The translations under genes and the position numbers were made by a program. From an uncultured Thermococci archaeon (GTDB lineage Archaea > Methanobacteriota_B > Thermococci > Thermococcales > Thermococcaceae), in NCBI GenBank assembly GCA_964487115.1, contig CAZAPD010000062.1, positions 1 through 55,268 of the forward strand: DNA of 55,268 bases, written 5' to 3'. The notes under the pieces are model-generated. The model saw only the letters and a list, made by a program, of their open reading frames with translations. It searched no databases and had not been told where the DNA came from. Positions 49,318 through 55,268 of the stretch are shown piece by piece (position 1 is the first letter of the stretch; every line of letters starts with the position of its first letter).

Positions 49318-50391
49318 TCAGGGTTCTTTCTTATCCTCTTCAATTTCTTCTGTCCTGATCTCCTCTTCGACATGTTCCTCTAAGGGTCTTCTATATTCAT
49401 ATGCTATATTGCCATCGATTATTACATAAAATTCTTCTCCATCGTCTGCATAATGAAGTATCGGCTTATCTACAAGTTCAAAAGTTTTCTCTAAATCTTC
49501 GGAGGTTGATAACAAAATTTTCTTTTCCACCTTCCCCGGCATGCCTTCTACTATATAAGGCCTTATTCTCCTTAATTCGTCCTGTGGCATTGTGCTTTTT
49601 AGGGTATATACTCCTCCCATGAGAGGTATTAGAAAGATTAGAGCCAAGATTGGAGCTACTATTCTGGCAGTTTCAACGTCTACTCGTATGCCAAATAGAT
49701 TTATGTCGTTTTTCTCGCTTATGGTTTTTGTAATGGTCCTCTTTGTGACTTTCTCTGGAGTGTTAAAGTAGTACAATCCTGCATTTAAGTCCTCCATTAA
49801 TGAGATGGTATGTTTGAAACTTTCAGTTACTGCTTTATTATATACATTTCCTTTTGTTCTGACATTTATAGTTATAGTTATGCTGCGTTTAAGCCTCCTG
49901 ATACCAAGTTGTTTGGAAATCTCTGATTCTCTTTTATTGATTTCACTAACGTTCATACGGTATTCTATGGTAAACTTTCCGTCTTGGAGATTCCCTTTAT
50001 TCTCAAAGAGTTTGTCCTCCCATAGGACAACATTTTTGTCTCCCCTGCTCACGCTATACTTTACGGTGCCTATGACATCATAGGTCCCAGTTATTGATTT
50101 TGAAGGTGTGAAAGCATACGTGTATTTTAATAAGAACTCCTTCACAAGTGAGATGGGATAGTAGTCGCTCTGTAGAGTTGATCCATATAGCGAATTATTT
50201 CTCAAAATGGCGCTATGTGTTAGTTTTCCTTCTTGGGTATATACTCCAACGGTTTCTCTGCTTATACTATATGGATGTGCATTCATAAGTTTCACAGAGT
50301 AAAACCCAAAGATGAGGAAGAGTACCAGGAATATTGCCAGTACCCCCCTCTTTTTTAAATATTTTTTAATCTTTTCTTTTTTAGTCGTCAT
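49318..50391 (-). CDS. DUF5305-like two-TM membrane protein
   Basis: N-terminal TM, large extracellular beta domain, second TM, cytoplasmic tail (EDLEKTFELVDKPILH); last gene of the SipW/DUF1102 operon. Confidence 0.7.
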   Translation of the reverse strand: MTTKKEKIKKYLKKRGVLAIFLVLFLIFGFYSVKLMNAHPYSISRETVGVYTQEGKLTHSAILRNNSLYGSTLQSDYYPISLVKEFLLKYTYAFTPSKSITGTYDVIGTVKYSVSRGDKNVVLWEDKLFENKGNLQDGKFTIEYRMNVSEINKRESEISKQLGIRRLKRSITITINVRTKGNVYNKAVTESFKHTISLMEDLNAGLYYFNTPEKVTKRTITKTISEKNDINLFGIRVDVETARIVAPILALIFLIPLMGGVYTLKSTMPQDELRRIRPYIVEGMPGKVEKKILLSTSEDLEKTFELVDKPILHYADDGEEFYVIIDGNIAYEYRRPLEEHVEEEIRTEEIEEDKKEP

Positions 50392-51743
50392 CCTTCACAT
50401 TCCCCTACTCCTTCGTTAAGATTAATATCATCTATACTCATGTCTGCCAAGGAACCCGGCTCCAAGTTTTCCCCCAAGCAACCACAACAATGGCAGGTTT
50501 TTATAACTTTAACATATGTAGGACAACCCTTTTGTCCACAACCTTCAATCCAAGCTCTGGAAGTAACTTTAACCCATTTTGTATGTCTCACTGATATCCC
50601 ATCCGTGTGTAGCTCCAGAACTAATGTTCTCCGTTCGCCATGTTTAAGATGTAATCTCCATGTGACCAACGTTCTCCCATTTGAGGTGGGTTGTAATGTT
50701 ACACTTCCTTTCGTTGTGAAATATTGAACAACACTAAACTTCGATGTAACTTCTTGATGTAACACTATATCCTTTTCTGCCCCTTTATTATGAACTGTTA
50801 TGCTCTTTAACAAAGTTGCTTCTCGGTTAGATAGTATTGCTGGAGGTACAATAGCGTTACAAACTTTGATACAACAATCGGAACAATTGCATGTGGCTTT
50901 TACATTTATTGAGTCGCTCTTTTTGTTGAATCCCTGTATTTCCGCACCTTCATTGAGTACATGCTTTCCGCATGATAATCCTGCTGTCGCAACTGTAACG
51001 TCAATATACGCACTCTCCTCGGGATCTAACGTTACGTTCCATTCCAGTTTGGTACCATCTGATACGGGAATTAAAGTATAGGTACCTTCACTGGATGTTA
51101 CTGATGACACTGTAAACTCTTGGGGTATAATGTCATGGATTGTTAAATCTCTCTCTATTCTGTCGTTTGTTACCGTGATTCTAAATGTCCATTCTTGGGG
51201 GGTATCTGCTGGTACAGTTTCTTTCCCTGAAATCAATGTTTTTTCAATTGAGGGACCATTTGTTATTATGAGTCTCAGGGGACATGTGGATATTTTTGCG
51301 TCTCCATTGTCCCAATATGCATCCATGAGTATAGGAATTTTATACTCTCCTGTGGATGCGTCACCGACACTCACGTTTCCTTTGAATATGTAACTATTTT
51401 GTGGATTTATTGCTACTTCAGATCCGTCCTCTGTTTCTATCCACATTGTAACATCATTTGGTAATTGGGAATAATCTGGGGAGAGCGTTATCCAGACTGT
51501 ATGTGGGCTGTTGAGATAATTAGAGACCTTGAGTGCCTCAAAGGTAGTATTGCTGTTTTTTTCGACAACGATAGTACTGGAGTAATTGCCATGGCATGTA
51601 AATGCTAAATATTCGTTATCATGGGGTACAACATTTATACGAACCTCTCTATCGGTAGTGAATTGTACAAAAGTACCGCTAGAACCGATTATCATCAGTG
51701 ACGCAAGCAGGAAAAGCAGAATCACTGAAAGAATTTTTTTCAT
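50388..51743 (-). CDS. secreted multi-domain protein: DUF1102-like N-terminus plus two DUF11/Ig-like repeats, Cys-rich linkers
   Basis: Signal peptide; SSGTFVQF...R...I.VVPHD.E motif shared with neighbours; internal repeat. Confidence 0.75.
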   Translation of the reverse strand: MKKILSVILLFLLASLMIIGSSGTFVQFTTDREVRINVVPHDNEYLAFTCHGNYSSTIVVEKNSNTTFEALKVSNYLNSPHTVWITLSPDYSQLPNDVTMWIETEDGSEVAINPQNSYIFKGNVSVGDASTGEYKIPILMDAYWDNGDAKISTCPLRLIITNGPSIEKTLISGKETVPADTPQEWTFRITVTNDRIERDLTIHDIIPQEFTVSSVTSSEGTYTLIPVSDGTKLEWNVTLDPEESAYIDVTVATAGLSCGKHVLNEGAEIQGFNKKSDSINVKATCNCSDCCIKVCNAIVPPAILSNREATLLKSITVHNKGAEKDIVLHQEVTSKFSVVQYFTTKGSVTLQPTSNGRTLVTWRLHLKHGERRTLVLELHTDGISVRHTKWVKVTSRAWIEGCGQKGCPTYVKVIKTCHCCGCLGENLEPGSLADMSIDDINLNEGVGECEG

Positions 51744-52819
51744 GTTCTAAACACCTCCTGTTTAAGCTGTTTTAGTAAGGATGACCTTCTTGTTCTTATT
51801 TTGATTATATCTTCATTTCCGATGCCGGAAACCTTATATAAACTCGCAAGGAAGAGTGATATTTCTAATAGAATTGCCAATACAGGAGCTATGGGATGAA
51901 TTTTGTAAAGCTTTGTGTTGACTGCTCTTGGTAGGAGGGGGAGATAAGAATTTACGGTTACTTTGGTTGAATATACAGAAGTTTTTTCGGGACTCTTTAT
52001 TGTAATCACAATGTTCCTTTTCTCCCGCCTATTTAATTGAAAGTTATATTGGGAGATTTCAATAACCGGTTTCTTAGCTGAGATATAATAAACCATAGGA
52101 TAAAAGTTCATATTCCTTACAGTTATGTTTTGAGTAAATACACTTCCCGGAAGATGCCATCCCTCTCTCAGCCCTCCTGCAGAGGTGACGGTGTATTCAA
52201 TTGGAAAAATTTGCCATGAAACAAACATTGACGAAGCTACCATAATCAGAAGGAATATCGACGCAAGTATGTATAATGTTTTAAATTTTATAACCATGAC
52301 TTTGGATTTCTTCTTCCTTCTTATGCCATGATTTCCTTCACTGGTGAATGCTATTGTTCCAAGTATTATTAAGATGCCAGCAAGAATCATCTTAGTTTGG
52401 TTAGATAGATTGTTCTGGAGATAATTCCCAGCACCTCTTATTACTATAGGTTTCCCTCTAAATGTTATGACTTTGCCTCCTATCTGAGAGTGCTTTATAG
52501 GGGGGATTTTTTTGCTTTGTTGATCGGTTGCAACGTTATTGTCTCCTTTAGTTATATATCCATCATCCACTATTGCAACAACTCTGTGGACTGTCCATTT
52601 CCCATCAGCATTAAAAACGATTATATCTCCTATGCGAGGATTTCTTGAAAAAGGATCAATAAAGAATACATCCCCCTTGCTTATTGTTGGGGTCATACTA
52701 CCAGAATAAGCGTAGGATATAAACACCGGTCTATCAACGAGAGCTCCCGCCAGTGATCCCATAACGATAATTGAAACCACAGAGAAGAAGAAGTATTCAA
52801 TAATTCTGTTCATCCACAA
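51740..52819 (-). CDS. SipW/Sec11-type signal peptidase I with C-terminal extension
   Basis: SGSM.PT (catalytic Ser), GD.IVF, VHRV (His) and TKGDNN motifs; extra TMs and an Ig-like domain. Confidence 0.92.
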   Translation of the reverse strand: MWMNRIIEYFFFSVVSIIVMGSLAGALVDRPVFISYAYSGSMTPTISKGDVFFIDPFSRNPRIGDIIVFNADGKWTVHRVVAIVDDGYITKGDNNVATDQQSKKIPPIKHSQIGGKVITFRGKPIVIRGAGNYLQNNLSNQTKMILAGILIILGTIAFTSEGNHGIRRKKKSKVMVIKFKTLYILASIFLLIMVASSMFVSWQIFPIEYTVTSAGGLREGWHLPGSVFTQNITVRNMNFYPMVYYISAKKPVIEISQYNFQLNRREKRNIVITIKSPEKTSVYSTKVTVNSYLPLLPRAVNTKLYKIHPIAPVLAILLEISLFLASLYKVSGIGNEDIIKIRTRRSSLLKQLKQEVFRT

Positions 52820-53322
52820 CTTCCTCCGACAGCCTGTATCGATATAACGCCCTCATAATCTCCGAGAGTTAAGTTGTGGGTATCAATATGCATCCCGATA
52901 TATGCTGTCTCATTGGCCGATAATGAAACACTTATGTCTTGTTTCCATGAGCCTTCAAACTCACCTTCAAAAAATCCAATATTTGCAGAATTTGATATAA
53001 TAGTTACACAAATTTCACTCTCTCCAGTTTCGCTTACGTTGTTTTCTATTTTAAATACTCCCTCAAAGACATATATGGTGTCTTTACTCAATCCTTCTCC
53101 AAACCCCGGATACATTGGACTTTTATTGCTTATCTCAACTTTTAGAAATCCATCTTGGAGATATGAATATGGTGACGCAGGACTTTCAACAGTAATTGTG
53201 GTATTATTTGCACCGGGAACAGCATAAACTATTGGTATAGGTTCTCCAGAATTTGAGGTTGTAAAAATTATTCCTGTCACGACTATAAACAGTCCAATGC
53301 CGATAATTGCTTTTGTTATCAT
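52810..53322 (-). CDS. DUF1102 family protein (divergent N-terminus)
   Basis: PYSY..DG.L.VEIS, GFGEGLS.DT.YVFE.VF.I.N motifs; paralog of neighbours. Confidence 0.8.
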   Translation of the reverse strand: MITKAIIGIGLFIVVTGIIFTTSNSGEPIPIVYAVPGANNTTITVESPASPYSYLQDGFLKVEISNKSPMYPGFGEGLSKDTIYVFEGVFKIENNVSETGESEICVTIISNSANIGFFEGEFEGSWKQDISVSLSANETAYIGMHIDTHNLTLGDYEGVISIQAVGGSCG

Positions 53323-53351
53323 TTATGTTCCCCCTACGTTAATAAATTATT

Positions 53352-53387
53352 GAAAAAGGAGCAAAAGCTCCAGAGAAGAAATTTAAA
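53352..53387 (-). terminator. probable internal terminator after the two major DUF1102 genes
   Basis: GGAGC-TTTT-GCTCC hairpin (53358-53371) followed by TTTTT on the minus strand. Confidence 0.55.
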
Positions 53388-53918
53388 TCACTTGCACTCT
53401 CCAGCTGTAGCATAAAACTGTGCTTGGCCGTTGATTTTGTCTCCAGCTGTGTAGTTGAATCCGCTGAGTATCATACCAACCTTGACAACCTCTCCCGGAT
53501 CAATTGTGAAGTAGAGACTTGTGCTACCGACTGTGGTGTTTGTATAGTCACCCACGAAGAAGAGAACTCCATCGTCACCTGAGTACGTTAGGTGCATACA
53601 TATTGACATGTTTTCCCAAAGATCATTGCTGACTCCAAACACTTCCTCGAACACATAAGTGCTGTCGGGGCTTATACCCTTACCAAAGCCATCTTCCCAC
53701 TTGGGATTGTTGTGGCTTAGGTCAATGACGAGCATACCATTATCATTTATGTATGCGTATGGTTGGAGGGGTTCGAGATCTATAAGTTCAGAGTCATCCG
53801 GAACAACAGCGATGTGGACATCTCTGGTTGCCTGGAAATATGCAAAGTTTGCACTGCTAGCAGCAACAGCGATTAGGAGACCTGCCATTAATATAAACAA
53901 TCCTACTACCTTTCTCAT
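53388..53918 (-). CDS. DUF1102 family secreted protein
   Basis: Signal peptide; HIAVVPDDSELIDL.P.QPYAYI and G.G.SPDS.Y.F motifs. Confidence 0.85.
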   Translation of the reverse strand: MRKVVGLFILMAGLLIAVAASSANFAYFQATRDVHIAVVPDDSELIDLEPLQPYAYINDNGMLVIDLSHNNPKWEDGFGKGISPDSTYVFEEVFGVSNDLWENMSICMHLTYSGDDGVLFFVGDYTNTTVGSTSLYFTIDPGEVVKVGMILSGFNYTAGDKINGQAQFYATAGECK

Positions 53919-53923
53919 CTTTA

Positions 53924-54523
53924 TCACCTTCCACATGTAAATGGTGCATCGTCAGCTGGCCATGCCATTATTGTTATTGTCAGATTGTAGTCTCCAAGCG
54001 TATTTGGTGCTGCAAGCTCCATGCCAACACCGAGAGCTTCTCCTGGTGCCAAGTAGAAACACACATCTCCCGAAGCTGTATCTGAGTTGTATGGGGTCCC
54101 GTTTCCACTGGTTGTACGCATATTCTCTCCCGGATCATAGAATGAAACCTTTCCTGGATCTGATGATACAATCTCAACAAGAATGGTCTTGTTATCCCAG
54201 AGGTCGTTGCTCACATTGAAAACATGGTCAAAGTTGTATCTTGACTGTGGGCTTAGACCCATTCCTCTATTGGCCCAGCTTGTGTCATTGTGTCCGGGCC
54301 AGTGGGGATTGTCACTTGAAAAGTCAATAACTAACTTTCCAGCACTATCAATGTATGCGTAGGGCTGGACTGGTGTTAGATCAATGAGTTCTGAGTCATC
54401 AGTGACTACTGCAATGTGGGAACTCCTCTGTACCCTGTAGTCTCTGAATGTTGCACTAGTGCCTAGTGCAAAAGCCATTGCCACCAAAAGCCCCAGCATA
54501 CCAAGGGCTAAAATTTTCCTCAT
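53924..54523 (-). CDS. DUF1102 family secreted protein
   Basis: GGAGG RBS; signal peptide; HIAVVTDDSELIDL.P.QPYAYI, GLSP.S.Y.F and VSNDLW motifs. Confidence 0.85.
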   Translation of the reverse strand: MRKILALGMLGLLVAMAFALGTSATFRDYRVQRSSHIAVVTDDSELIDLTPVQPYAYIDSAGKLVIDFSSDNPHWPGHNDTSWANRGMGLSPQSRYNFDHVFNVSNDLWDNKTILVEIVSSDPGKVSFYDPGENMRTTSGNGTPYNSDTASGDVCFYLAPGEALGVGMELAAPNTLGDYNLTITIMAWPADDAPFTCGR

Positions 54524-54628
54524 GGTTTTTTCCTCCAAAGTTTTTTCATTCGGTAGTGCCTCTGATAGCGAGGCACTTAATAGAAACATGGGAAGTTTAT
54601 GTATATAGGAAATTTCGAGTTACTAAGT

Positions 54629-54645
54629 GGTAATGAGACATTACC
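54629..54645. promoter_or_regulatory. palindrome GGTAATG-N3-CATTACC upstream of the DUF1102 operon promoter
   Basis: Perfect 7-bp arms just upstream of a TATA-like run near 54598-54607 on the minus strand. Confidence 0.55.
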
Positions 54646-54660
54646 TCTGTTAAAAATGCT

Positions 54661-55095
54661 TTAAAATACCCTTTTGACTTTTTGATGCTGTATTAGGGCT
54701 ATTAAAGTGTAGATAATTGAGGCGATTATCAATGGGATATTATTAAGAAAGATCCCTGCTGCAATAAAGATGAGGGATGTTCCAATATAAAACGTACTCC
54801 AGCTTATGTCATTTTTACTCACAACTTCCATGTATAAACTAACATCCGGAGGAACACGAATTAATCTAAGTGTGCCGTGTTCATATGATATAATACCTTC
54901 TCTCTGCATTTTTGGGATGTGAGTTTGCATTAAGCTAACATATATGCTTTTACGATGTTTTCTCTCAGTATTACCTTCTTTCTCGGCTATATATTCGACA
55001 ACCTCCCTCAGATCAGCCCTCCCCTCGCGTTTCTGGAGGTACTCAATTACCAAGATCCTCCTGTCGTTGCCGAGGATCATAGCTGATGTTCCCAT
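54661..55095 (-). CDS. membrane-tethered winged-HTH protein (DUF7344-like)
   Basis: LGNDRR..VIEYL and RKSIYVSL.QTHIPKM...GII.Y, followed by two C-terminal TMs; GAGGTGA RBS before ATG 55095. Confidence 0.8.
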   Translation of the reverse strand: MGTSAMILGNDRRILVIEYLQKREGRADLREVVEYIAEKEGNTERKHRKSIYVSLMQTHIPKMQREGIISYEHGTLRLIRVPPDVSLYMEVVSKNDISWSTFYIGTSLIFIAAGIFLNNIPLIIASIIYTLIALIQHQKVKRVF

Positions 55096-55268
55096 TCTAT
55101 TCACCTCAAACGGTAGTGTCTCCGATGGTTGTTGTTTATGTAGAAGAATTCCACAATTTTCTTGTCGATGAGTTTTCTCAGGATTCTTTCGACTTTTTGT
55201 CTCGTGCAATAGATCCCATTTTCATTTAGGAATCGAGTGATAAATGATAAAGGTAATGCTCCATGTTT

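Noticed and set aside
1..55268. CRISPR array, tRNA/rRNA genes, integrase or provirus
   Set aside because: No regularly spaced repeats, cloverleaf or rRNA-like tracts, or recombinase genes were seen by eye.

Overview
Archaeal window from a Thermococcales genome, judged from the gene set, GGTGA/GGAGG ribosome-binding sites and a CGP-CTERM protein. Most of it is core: malK tail, phosphopentomutase, M20 peptidase, serpin, RlmI-type methyltransferase, priL/priS, RNase P RNA, glnA, nadE, peptide ABC transporter, pyrC/pyrK, AlaX, and rps27ae-rps24e-DPCK-spt4-rpoE1-ppa. Four things stand out. (1) An 8.4-kb divergent lipoyl/TPP dehydrogenase island (7304-15743) with two E1 alpha/beta pairs, two free lipoyl carriers, a lipoyl-less E2 with an acidic subunit-binding domain, OsmC, DUF6506, Lin0512, AcoX and LplA, but no E3. 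This is the best candidate for an undescribed system. (2) A SipW-type peptidase/DUF1102 operon (49318-55095) that looks like a TasA/bundling-pilus-like donor-strand filament system with its own membrane-tethered regulator. (3) A frameshifted secreted-protein gene with a decayed tandem paralog sharing an exact 81-bp block. (4) Mirror-image A/C versus G/T third-position skew in malK and the M20 peptidase gene. Features missing from the ORF track were also found: a C/D-box sRNA, rps27ae and two IS200/IS605 remnants. All family calls come from motif recognition, not database searches.
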